UHGV virus genome: UHGV-0134350 | Source of the DNA: a virus | DNA: 31,759 nt | Strand: one strand, 5' to 3' | Part shown: piece after piece, positions 1-8,397 of the stretch | Layout: each line of letters starts with the position of its first letter | Position numbering within the stretch: the stretch's first letter is position 1 | Program-made: the position numbers and the translations under genes | Notes under the pieces: model-generated | Database searches by the model: none | What the model was told of the DNA's origin: nothing | The model's input: only the letters and a program-made list of their open reading frames with translations

Positions 1-49
1 AGGGAATAATAAACTTCAAAATTGCATTTGCAAGTTTTGGTTTGCTTTT

Positions 50-1219
50 TCACTCCTCATTTTCTTCTGAGCTGTACTCCACATCGGAGAGTTTAACCTC
101 AAGCTCTAAGCCCGTCGTGAAACCGTTATTATTGAGGTTGTGGGTCACCTTGCTGATTAACCATGCCTGCTCGTCTATGACGCGCTTAAAGCCTGACACG
201 CGTACAGGCGTCTCAGGAAATAAATCCGCTCGCCCTAGCGCCAGTGTGATTGAAAACTCCGCAACGCCTCGCTGCAGTTTATCCCACTTAGCCTGAGCGG
301 CGCGCATCGCCTGTGCCTTTGAGGCATAGACCGTCGTCAGCGCCAGCACGTTATCGGCTTCACCGGCCATGTACTCACCCTCACGTGCTTCCTGTTCTTT
401 TTTGACCTTTGTCTTTTTGCTGACCGGCTTTGCTTTTGGGTGTTCCAGTGCGCGCAGGTGCTTCTCTTTTGGCTTGCGTTTCAGCGTTACTTTCTGCTTT
501 TGTGGCTTCGGGTCTTTGGTGTGCAACCATTTAGCAGTGACGCCGGTATAAGCCCCACGGTCGGCAATGGCAAACTGATGACGGTCACCATCACTGCGGG
601 TCAGCGTCATTTGCGGGACGGGTTTGCCGCTGGCCGTCATCGCACTACCGGCTTTCAGAAACAACAGTTTCCCTGCCTTCACCGATACCGTTGCCCCGTT
701 GCGGTCAGCCAGTCGACTCAAAAATACCGCGTCGGATTCCTGCGACTGGTCGATATGCGGTACCGGGATTTTTTTCAGCGATTCCGCAATGCTGGCCGTC
801 AGTTTGTTGCGCTTTGCGATGGTACTGACCAGTTCGCCGATGGTGGTGTCGTGCCATGACTCTTCACGCCTGGAATTTAGCGTGCCGCGAAAGTCCGCGC
901 TGCGCGCCCGGATGGTCAGGGTATCAGGAGCCCCCCGGTGCTCAATCTCATCGACCGTAAAATCCCCCTTATTCAGCAGCGCCGAACCCTGCCAGCCAAG
1001 CCACAACGTCAGCACTGCCCCGCGCAGGGGTAACTCGACTTTCCCATCGGTGTCATCGAGCTCAATGTCGAGCTGGTCAGCTTCAAAGCCCCTATTGTCC
1101 GTCATGGTGAGAGAAATCAGCCGGTCGCTGAAGTTACTGGTAATGTCCTGACTGTTCAGCGTCAGCATAAAAGCCGGTGCAAGGCTGGCACCGGCGTCAA
1201 TTGCCATCCCCGTTATCAT
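50..1219 (-). CDS. D: tail protein gpD (late control D)
   Basis: 389-aa ORF with recognisable P2 gpD-like sequence; its start overlaps the U stop in an ATGA arrangement; position after U-T as in P2. Confidence 0.9.
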   Translation of the reverse strand: MITGMAIDAGASLAPAFMLTLNSQDITSNFSDRLISLTMTDNRGFEADQLDIELDDTDGKVELPLRGAVLTLWLGWQGSALLNKGDFTVDEIEHRGAPDTLTIRARSADFRGTLNSRREESWHDTTIGELVSTIAKRNKLTASIAESLKKIPVPHIDQSQESDAVFLSRLADRNGATVSVKAGKLLFLKAGSAMTASGKPVPQMTLTRSDGDRHQFAIADRGAYTGVTAKWLHTKDPKPQKQKVTLKRKPKEKHLRALEHPKAKPVSKKTKVKKEQEAREGEYMAGEADNVLALTTVYASKAQAMRAAQAKWDKLQRGVAEFSITLALGRADLFPETPVRVSGFKRVIDEQAWLISKVTHNLNNNGFTTGLELEVKLSDVEYSSEENEE

Positions 1220-1701
1220 GCAGTGAAACCTCCGGGCATACCCTGCAGTTTATCTGTCAAATTACCGGCAGAGCCGAGAAGCTCACTGGCCTGTTTATTC
1301 AGGTCACCAAACATCTCTGTCAGCGATTCATCAACCCGTTTTAGCGAAAGCGTGAAATCAATCTTTCTGGCCGCACCATCACTGAAAAACTCGGTGCGTG
1401 TAGTCGATACTTTATCGACGATATACATCCCGAGGATATTTCCGGTTCCCTCTATCAACGGCCACGCTCTGCCTTTATTGGCCATCACCTCTACAGCCTT
1501 AAGTGAGATCCAACCGCCAGTGATAGCGGGGTATAGCGTACCAGCAAGCTGTATAGAGGTTTCCCCCTCGCCAAGAAACTGATAGGCAGGTGGTTTACCC
1601 ACCCGGTCATTGGACACCCAGCGATAATCTTTCGAATGCTGCATCGACTGGTAAGGCAGGGTGCGAAGTTCAAACACAAACATTCCGAGAGCAAGCATCA
1701 T
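1216..1701 (-). CDS. U: tail protein gpU
   Basis: 161-aa ORF, P2 gpU-like, located between T and D. Confidence 0.9.
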   Translation of the reverse strand: MMLALGMFVFELRTLPYQSMQHSKDYRWVSNDRVGKPPAYQFLGEGETSIQLAGTLYPAITGGWISLKAVEVMANKGRAWPLIEGTGNILGMYIVDKVSTTRTEFFSDGAARKIDFTLSLKRVDESLTEMFGDLNKQASELLGSAGNLTDKLQGMPGGFTA

Positions 1702-1714
1702 CGTTTAATCCCCC

Positions 1715-4159
1715 TCAATAGTCGTGGGTCATGTTGGCACGCTGGCGGGCGCGTTTATCGCGCTCAATCTGTTCGAGCGTGTCGCGTAGTTGTCTGTCAA
1801 GCTGATGCCCCGGCGCAACACCTCCCGGCAGATTGATGTTGTATTCGCTTTTGCTCTGGTCAATGTAAGAGCGCCCCGCCGGTGCGGTAACTGGCTGATA
1901 AGCCTGATAGCCGCCATATGTGCTGGTTGCCGGGATGTAGGAATTACCCTGTGTGGCGGCATTGGTTTTGGCGGCGGTCTGGTCGAGGCTGTCCGACTCT
2001 TTGTTGATGATGCCGAGCTTTTCGAGAAGCCAGTCGACACCGCTGCGCAGCTTGTTAAAAACATTGAGCGGAGCCATCAAGGCAGAGGCCAGTGCCTGAC
2101 CAAATATGACGCCGACATTTTTGCAGCTATCAAGCGTTTCCTGCGTGGCCTTAACCGGTGCTATCAGGTCTTTAAACCACTGCCAGACGCCGCGCAGTTT
2201 CTCGCCGAGACCATCAAAAATGGGAGCCAGTGGAGCGAACATTTCCCCGACTGGGGCAAAGGCACTCATGATGCCCTCAATCACTCCCGAGAAAAATGCG
2301 CTGATGGGCTCCCAATATTTACGGATGAGTAGCGCCCCCGCCACAATCGCCGCACCGACGGCCACTATCGGCCAGGTAATCGCACCGAGCGCTGTCGCAA
2401 TGGCACTACCGACGACAGTAAAGACCGTACCCAGCACGCCAGCAGCGGCGATAATGGCATTAATCCCCATGACAACCGGCCACGCAACGAGACCAATGCC
2501 GCCGATGATACCAATCAGCGCCAGCGCACCACCGGCGATGATGCCGATAGTTTCCGCTAACTCCTTGTTGTCTTTGATCCAGTCATCAAGCTTTAGCACA
2601 TACCGTGTTGCTGTCTGAGTTAGCTGACGCAATGAGCTATCTTGCTGGTCGTAGAGGTCGGTACCGACGGCCTCATAAGCGGATTGAAACTCTTTGAAGT
2701 CGCCACCTAAGTTATCCTGCATGACCTTAACCAATTCCTCGGTTTTACCGTCAGAATCCTTAATTATCTTGGTCAGTTCATCCAGTTTTCCACTGGCCGC
2801 TGCGGCCATTAACACACTTGCAGCGGAACTGGCTTCCTCGCCGAATATCGTTTTCATATACTCGGCTTTTTGACCTGTACCGAGGTTGTTGCGCTTAAAG
2901 CTGGCTTGTATTTCTTTCAGGATGGTAAAGATTGGCCGTGTATTGCCTTTTTTATCCATCGTCTTAACGCCAAGCTCTTTAATGGCATCATAGGCTTTGC
3001 CAGTTGGAGCCTGCAGTCGACTTAAAACAGCTCGGCTACCGGTTCCTGCCATCGAACCTATGATTTTTGCATCGTGTAACGCACCCAGCATCGCGGCGGT
3101 TTCTTCTAGGCTGACACCGGCATCTTTGGCAACTGGACCAACATATGTAAGTGAGTCGTTTAATCCCTCAAATGATGCCTGTGTTTTATTTATCGCCATC
3201 GATATGATATCTGCTATATGCGATGCCTTGTCATCTGCGAGCCCGAATGCCGATTTGGTGCCAATAAGCAAAGCGGCGTTTTCCTCCATAGTTTTTTTAT
3301 TTGCCAGCGACATATTCAGAATGGCCGGTGTTTGCGCCACTATGCCGTCTTTATCTGCGCCAGATTTGGCTACGATAATCTGCGCGGCGGCGGCATCATC
3401 TGCTGAGGCCGCTGAGTTATCGCCGAGCTGACGCGCCTGTTTGCGTAGAGCCTGCATTTCTGGAGACTGCTTATCGACCCCAAGCACGGCCTGCAGCTCG
3501 GAGTTTTTTTGCGCAAAGTCATAACCGGGCATCAGCAATTTAACCCCGGCCATCGTTCCCGCTGTCGCAATACCGACCCCGGCAGCACCTGCAGCGGCCA
3601 TGTTACCGGCAAGCTCCTTACCCGATTTATATCGCTCTTTCACTCGGTTTAGGTGCGCCTGCTGTGCGCTGACCTTCTCCAATGCTTCACGCTGCCGGTT
3701 GAGCTGCGCCGTCGTCTCGCTGATGCGTGTTTTAAGCCCCCGCTCATCGTTTGCCAGATTGCGGGTATTGATACCGGCGGCACCCAGCTCGCGTTGTTGG
3801 CGTTTAACTGACTCGGTGAGGCTGTTGTATTTAACCTGCAGCCCCTCGGCGGCACGTTTTGCGGATTCGAGCACCTGTGCCTGCGCTCGCGTCGGGCGCT
3901 CAGTATTTTTGAATTGCGTGGCAAGCGCTTCAGCCTCGCGCTTTGCCTTCTCCAGCGACTGGCCGGTTACGGCCAGTTGAGCGCTGGTTTTGCGAAAGCC
4001 GTCGATTTTCGCGGCCTGCCCGTTCAGGTCACGCAGCCCTTTTTGTGTGTCGCGAATATCGCCCGACAGGGTTTTACTCGCGGTCTGGATGGATTTAAGC
4101 GGTCGGGTCGCCTGGTCGACCGCTTTCAGCAAAACCTCAAGTCTCAGGTTATTACTCAT
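1715..4159 (-). CDS. T: tail tape measure protein gpT
   Basis: 814-aa ORF, coiled-coil rich N-terminal part and Gly/Ala-rich hydrophobic segment typical of tape measure proteins; synteny E-T-U-D. Confidence 0.9.
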   Translation of the reverse strand: MSNNLRLEVLLKAVDQATRPLKSIQTASKTLSGDIRDTQKGLRDLNGQAAKIDGFRKTSAQLAVTGQSLEKAKREAEALATQFKNTERPTRAQAQVLESAKRAAEGLQVKYNSLTESVKRQQRELGAAGINTRNLANDERGLKTRISETTAQLNRQREALEKVSAQQAHLNRVKERYKSGKELAGNMAAAGAAGVGIATAGTMAGVKLLMPGYDFAQKNSELQAVLGVDKQSPEMQALRKQARQLGDNSAASADDAAAAQIIVAKSGADKDGIVAQTPAILNMSLANKKTMEENAALLIGTKSAFGLADDKASHIADIISMAINKTQASFEGLNDSLTYVGPVAKDAGVSLEETAAMLGALHDAKIIGSMAGTGSRAVLSRLQAPTGKAYDAIKELGVKTMDKKGNTRPIFTILKEIQASFKRNNLGTGQKAEYMKTIFGEEASSAASVLMAAAASGKLDELTKIIKDSDGKTEELVKVMQDNLGGDFKEFQSAYEAVGTDLYDQQDSSLRQLTQTATRYVLKLDDWIKDNKELAETIGIIAGGALALIGIIGGIGLVAWPVVMGINAIIAAAGVLGTVFTVVGSAIATALGAITWPIVAVGAAIVAGALLIRKYWEPISAFFSGVIEGIMSAFAPVGEMFAPLAPIFDGLGEKLRGVWQWFKDLIAPVKATQETLDSCKNVGVIFGQALASALMAPLNVFNKLRSGVDWLLEKLGIINKESDSLDQTAAKTNAATQGNSYIPATSTYGGYQAYQPVTAPAGRSYIDQSKSEYNINLPGGVAPGHQLDRQLRDTLEQIERDKRARQRANMTHDY

Positions 4160-4639
4160 TGTGGTGTCCGCTACGCTGCAGCGCCTTTTCGCGCCATGTG
4201 ATGAGCTCGGTCAGGCTCAGGGAATAGAGCTCTGATAGCGGCCAGTGGAATATCACCGCGATATCCGCCATCAGGTCATCGGTCGACAGGTCGGGCGGGA
4301 AATCTACTCCGCCGAAGCCGGTGACAAAAAACCAATCACCTTAGCGGCCAGCGACAGCATATCGGGCAGGTTCATTGCGGTAAGCTCCTGCGCCGTAAGC
4401 GCGGGGTAGGTCATGCGTGGCAATACCTTAATCAGCGCATCGACTTCGGACTGCGCCACCGCTGCCAGACTGACACCGCGCAGGGTACCGGCGTTCGGCT
4501 CAATCAGTGTGACTTTATCAATCGTCTGACCGGCGCGCTTAATCGGCTTGTCGAGGGTCACGACGTTCGGGTTTACGGTGTCAGTTTCATTGCCAGCCAT
4601 ATCAACAAATTCAGCGGTTTTACGTGGTGCTTTTGCCAT
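4152..4639 (-). CDS. gpE+E' fusion made by programmed -1 frameshift
   Basis: The -1 frame downstream of the T_TTT_TTG heptamer stays open to a TAA at 4152-4154 that overlaps the T start, as in P2 E/E' and lambda G/GT. Confidence 0.65.
4304..4639 (-). CDS. E: tail assembly chaperone gpE
   Basis: 111-aa ORF directly upstream of T; contains the slippery heptamer near its 3' end. Confidence 0.85.
   Translation of the reverse strand: MAKAPRKTAEFVDMAGNETDTVNPNVVTLDKPIKRAGQTIDKVTLIEPNAGTLRGVSLAAVAQSEVDALIKVLPRMTYPALTAQELTAMNLPDMLSLAAKVIGFLSPASAE
4325..4331 (-). promoter_or_regulatory. slippery heptamer T_TTT_TTG for the E/E' -1 frameshift
   Basis: Minus-strand sequence GGT TTT TTG in the E frame (plus strand caaaaaa). 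Confidence 0.65.
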
Positions 4640-4702
4640 GATGTTTTTCTCTGCTCTGAATGGGGATTAATAACAGGCCAGCAGTGCTGACCGGTTAGGG
4701 AA

Positions 4703-5221
4703 TTACAGCCCGATTGCGCGGCGGTGCTGTTCCAGACGGTCGACGCCGTTCACCTTCTCAACCATGTTGACGGTATCGATTTCGATGACGTCGCTACCAT
4801 CAATCGTGAGGCGGTAATAGGTGCATACGGTCGACAGTTTGGTCGAGGTGTTTTCACCCTGCTTATTCTCGCCGCCGTCGATTTCTTTATGACGGCCACG
4901 CATGACCACCTCGACCGCCACGATTTCGCCAGTGTCGTCACGTTGGTAAGAGCCAGCAAAACGCAACGGCACAGCGTCAGCACCCGGCGCGGCGTACTGC
5001 GCCCACAGCGCCACATCAGGCAGGCCACCGACAGACCATTCGACGGTGAGCGCATCATCGTCGAGACCAAGGTCAATCGCCGCCGCGCCATTCATGCCGC
5101 CGCCGCGATAGTTTTCGAGCTTGCGGGTCAGCTTCGGCAGCGTCACGGATTCAACAACGCCCATGTAGCTAAGGCCGTCATTGAACATGTTCAGATATTT
5201 AAGTTTGCGGGGTAGTGCCAT
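4703..5221 (-). CDS. FII: tail tube protein gpFII
   Basis: 172-aa ORF, P2 FII-like, downstream of FI. Confidence 0.9.
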   Translation of the reverse strand: MALPRKLKYLNMFNDGLSYMGVVESVTLPKLTRKLENYRGGGMNGAAAIDLGLDDDALTVEWSVGGLPDVALWAQYAAPGADAVPLRFAGSYQRDDTGEIVAVEVVMRGRHKEIDGGENKQGENTSTKLSTVCTYYRLTIDGSDVIEIDTVNMVEKVNGVDRLEQHRRAIGL

Positions 5222-5236
5222 GTTGTTTCAGGCTCC

Positions 5237-6415
5237 TTAGCTGTTGACCGATTCGGCCAGATTCACCAGATATTTATCGGTGATACGCTGGCGCAGGGTC
5301 AGGCTTTCCAGTGGTGGAACCGGTGTATAGTCGTAGTCGATATACAGTTTCCCGGCCTTGAGGGTTTCCTTATCGTTCGATTCCTCGTCGAACCAGCATT
5401 CACCGTCCACGATGTAGCCGTTTGATTTCAGCTCGCGGAATTTGGCGTTAATGCCGTCGACAATGTCACGGATAAGTGATGCGGTGATGGGCTTATCGAC
5501 CGCCCACATGTGCGCCTCGGCCATCGTGTCGGCCAGCACCTGCGCGGTGCGGGTGTAGTTCTCAAACAGGAAAAGCTGGTCATCAGAGCAGGTGCGGTTA
5601 CCCCAAAAGCGGAAGCCATCCTTACGCACCAGTGTCGTGACCCCGGCCTCGTTGAGCAGATCAGCATCGGTGCCGGATGCCTGCAAATCCCAAAACACTG
5701 ACGCACTGATGCCGGTAACACCCTGCACGCCGACGTTAGACAGGGTTTTGTGCCAGCCGACGGTCTGGTCGATATAGGCACGCAGGCCGAGTGCGCGCGC
5801 AGTTGCGTATGCCGGTGCGGTGGCGTTTGTGGTGGTATCCCATGCAAGGAAATCAGGCCAGATGACCATCAGCTCGCGCTGGCTGAAATTCTCGCGATAG
5901 GCCATCGCCTCGGAAATGGTTTTACAACCCCATGCGCTGATATAGCCAAAGGCGCGCAGGCTGATACAGACCGAAGCAAGTGCGACTGCGACCTCTTTGG
6001 TATCGAGACCCGGCACGCCGAGAATGCGCGGCTTAACGCCGGTGACTGCTTCGGCAGTCAACAGCGCCTTGATGCCGGTATATTTACCGTTCTCATCCGT
6101 GCCGCCGATGATATTGGAAATGGTCTGCGCTTCGGCGTCTTCTCCGGTACCTTCGGCAACACGCACGACAACTGTGACAGGTTTTGACTGGTCGGCGATG
6201 GCCTGCAGGGACGCGGCCAGCGTGCCTTTTTTACCGGCTTTCGCAATGGCGCTTTGCACATTGGTAATCAGTACCGGCTCGTTGAGGGGAAAGGTTGCCG
6301 CATCCGCATCGCTGGCTGTACAGACCATGCCGACGATTGCGGTTGCAACAGTGGAAATGACGCGGGTGCCGTCGTTAATCTCAAGCACCTGCACGCCGTG
6401 GTGAAAATCACTCAT
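5237..6415 (-). CDS. FI: tail sheath protein gpFI
   Basis: Strong P2 FI-like sequence beginning MSDFHHGVQVLEIN; the ORF-track start at 6442 is an upstream extension. Confidence 0.9.
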   Translation of the reverse strand: MSDFHHGVQVLEINDGTRVISTVATAIVGMVCTASDADAATFPLNEPVLITNVQSAIAKAGKKGTLAASLQAIADQSKPVTVVVRVAEGTGEDAEAQTISNIIGGTDENGKYTGIKALLTAEAVTGVKPRILGVPGLDTKEVAVALASVCISLRAFGYISAWGCKTISEAMAYRENFSQRELMVIWPDFLAWDTTTNATAPAYATARALGLRAYIDQTVGWHKTLSNVGVQGVTGISASVFWDLQASGTDADLLNEAGVTTLVRKDGFRFWGNRTCSDDQLFLFENYTRTAQVLADTMAEAHMWAVDKPITASLIRDIVDGINAKFRELKSNGYIVDGECWFDEESNDKETLKAGKLYIDYDYTPVPPLESLTLRQRITDKYLVNLAESVNS

Positions 6416-6492
6416 CCGGTTAACTCCGTGGTTAGTGGGCAAGTGTTATTGTCCTGGCTGGTCTGTTGAGGGGCTATTTGTCAGTGTTGGGC

Positions 6493-6515
6493 GATGTCTG
6501 ACACATTGAGACATC
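6493..6515. promoter_or_regulatory. imperfect dyad upstream of FI, candidate late-activator (Ogr/B-type) site
   Basis: gatgtct-N9-agacatc contains TGT-N13-ACA, centred about 90 bp upstream of the FI start; the P2 late-promoter consensus is TGT-N12-ACA. Confidence 0.3.
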
Positions 6516-6552
6516 AGCAACGGATGCGGGAAATTTTTTGTATAGCGTTGAG

Positions 6553-6755
6553 ATACCCGAGGCGATCCAGTTTCCAGACCACAAGCGTATCGCCCTCTGA
6601 CAAGGTTCTGAGTAACCTCTTTAGCCCGGCCAGTCTGATGTTTTGCCGCTGATTTTATCTTCGAAAATCAGCTCACATCCTGCGCACTCCAGTTCATTTC
6701 GCTGTAATGCGGTGTTCTGGTCATTTGTTGATACACGTACATAACCGATAAACAT
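6553..6755 (-). pseudogene. serine DNA invertase (Gin/Hin/Cin/Pin family) remnant, frameshifted and 3'-truncated
   Basis: Minus-strand translation gives MFIGYVRVSTNDQNTALQRNELECAGCELIFEDKISGKTSDWPG then a stop; a second frame continues with LKRLLRTLSEGDTLVVWKLDRLG, after which similarity ends. About 67 of roughly 190 aa remain. Confidence 0.75.
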
Positions 6756-6809
6756 GAGAAATAACCCGGTAAAAAGTCGGGAGCATGCCAGCTGAACGGA
6801 ATATCTGCG

Positions 6810-6835
6810 TTTTCTAAAAGGTTGGTTTGGGAGAA
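6810..6835. repeat. left 26-bp hix/gix-like inversion crossover site
   Basis: TTTTCTAAAAGG-TT-GGTTTGGGAGAA; the inner half plus core (6822-6836) is a perfect inverted copy of 8757-8771; the outer half lacks the conserved AAACC. Confidence 0.65.
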
Positions 6836-7360
6836 GGTTCGGCATTACCCGTTGGCGTGCCTGTTCCGTGGCCTTCCGCCACTCCGCCAACAGGCTGGCT
6901 GAAATGCAACGGTGCCGCTTTTTCTGCTGAAGAATACCCGGAACTGGCAAAGGCTTATCCGACAAATAAATTGCCTGATTTACGTGGTGAGTTTATTCGT
7001 GGCTGGGATGACGGGCGTGGTGTGGATGCGGGACGTGCCTTGCTAAGTCTTCAGGATGACTCTTTTGAAGCGCACAGGCATGAGTCCTTTTTTTACGCGG
7101 GTATTTCTCGCAATGAAATACCATTAAAAAATCTTCCAAGTTCAGACGAGATGCTGACTTTAAGTTCTACAACTAATGCCTTGTCCCCGGACGGTATTGA
7201 TGCCACTAATTCGTTAATTGGTAATGATGATTACAACTGTCTGATTGAAGGAAATAAAAATAACAAACGAACAGCGACGGGGTTGAGTACCAGTATTGTC
7301 GGTGCAGCAGAGACACGCCCACGTAATATTTCATTTAATTACATTGTGAGGGCTGCATGA
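6827..7360 (+). CDS. alternative tail-fibre C-terminal segment (Hv'), silent in this orientation
   Basis: Frame opens inside the crossover site (LGEGSALPVGVPVPWPS...), has no ATG of its own, and carries a phage tail-collar-like motif; inversion would fuse it to the constant part of H. Confidence 0.7.
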   Translation: MGEGSALPVGVPVPWPSATPPTGWLKCNGAAFSAEEYPELAKAYPTNKLPDLRGEFIRGWDDGRGVDAGRALLSLQDDSFEAHRHESFFYAGISRNEIPLKNLPSSDEMLTLSSTTNALSPDGIDATNSLIGNDDYNCLIEGNKNNKRTATGLSTSIVGAAETRPRNISFNYIVRAA

Positions 7361-7962
7361 TGTATAACGCCATCTTGAATAGTAAATTTATTGCCACAAA
7401 GGCAGGAGAGATTACCGTTTATAACTATGACAGTGAGACACGGGAGTATATTTCTGCATCAACTGAATATCTTGCTGTGGGTGTCGGTATCCCTGCATAT
7501 TCCTGTTTAGATGCTCCTGGCACACATAAGGCTGGTTATGCAATCTGCCGTTCGGCAGATTTAAACTCATGGGAATATGTGTCAGACCATCGCGGTGAAA
7601 TCATCTATAGCACCGAAACAGGAGAATCGAAAGAAATCACAGCTCCGGGTGATTATCCTGAAAATACAACCACTATCGCCCCGTTAACGCCATACGATGA
7701 ATGGGATGGTGAGAAATGGGTAACAGATACTGTGGCACAGCATAGCGCCGCAGTAGGCGCGGCAGAAGCACAGCGTCAGTCACTGATTGATACTGCAATG
7801 GCTTCCATTAGTCTGATTCAGCTGAAATTGCAGGCCGGACGGAATCTGACGCAGGCAGAAACCGCCCGACTTAACGCTGCGCTGGATTACATTGACGCGG
7901 TGACGGCAACAGATACCAGCACCGCGCCGGATGTCATCTGGCCTGAACTGCCGGAGGCGTAG
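7357..7962 (+). CDS. tail fibre assembly protein (alternative, tfa')
   Basis: 201-aa ORF with typical Tfa C-terminus ...TSTAPDVIWPELPEA; ATG overlaps the Hv' stop. Confidence 0.8.
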   Translation: MMYNAILNSKFIATKAGEITVYNYDSETREYISASTEYLAVGVGIPAYSCLDAPGTHKAGYAICRSADLNSWEYVSDHRGEIIYSTETGESKEITAPGDYPENTTTIAPLTPYDEWDGEKWVTDTVAQHSAAVGAAEAQRQSLIDTAMASISLIQLKLQAGRNLTQAETARLNAALDYIDAVTATDTSTAPDVIWPELPEA

Positions 7963-8377
7963 GCCATTCAATATCTGGCGCACCGGAAGTATCGACCAGT
8001 TCCAGTGCGTCCAGATAATCCAGCCACAAATTATATTGCGCCAGTTCATCATCTTTCAGACGACCAATAGCGGCTTTACCGGGCCATTGCTTACTGTTCA
8101 TGTATTCGTTGGCCTGGTTAATTAGTAGCTGTCTTTCTGATTCAGTAATTTCAATAAGTTCTTCATGCGTGGGTGGAGGAATATCTGCCCACGCAGGCAG
8201 CCCATCATCTCCGGCAATACGGATTTTTCCTTGTGGCGGTTCAGCCATAAACTCACTGATAATATTTTGATTTACTTCCTTAGCGTCTGATAAATCCCAT
8301 CCCTCTGATTTATATTTATCAATCATATCCACAGGGAAAAAAGCATTATGCCTTGCGCTATAAACATATTCGTTCAT
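7934..8377 (-). CDS. tail fibre assembly protein (currently expressed orientation)
   Basis: Tfa-like C-terminus ...DTSGAPDIEWPTPP; start taken at ATG (MNEYVY) preceded by GGTGA; the track start at 8386 is GTG. Confidence 0.8.
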   Translation of the reverse strand: MNEYVYSARHNAFFPVDMIDKYKSEGWDLSDAKEVNQNIISEFMAEPPQGKIRIAGDDGLPAWADIPPPTHEELIEITESERQLLINQANEYMNSKQWPGKAAIGRLKDDELAQYNLWLDYLDALELVDTSGAPDIEWPTPPAVQAR

Positions 8378-8397
8378 ATAAATCACCCTGAATAAAA

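Noticed and set aside
1790-3431. Several plus-strand ORFs of 140-180 aa inside the T gene region
   Set aside because: Antisense to the tape measure gene; low-complexity Ala/Ser/Pro-rich translations typical of spurious frames
6827-7360. Reading 6827-7360 as an independent gene with a TTG start
   Set aside because: The frame opens inside the inversion crossover site and has no RBS; it is better explained as a promoterless alternative tail-fibre exon
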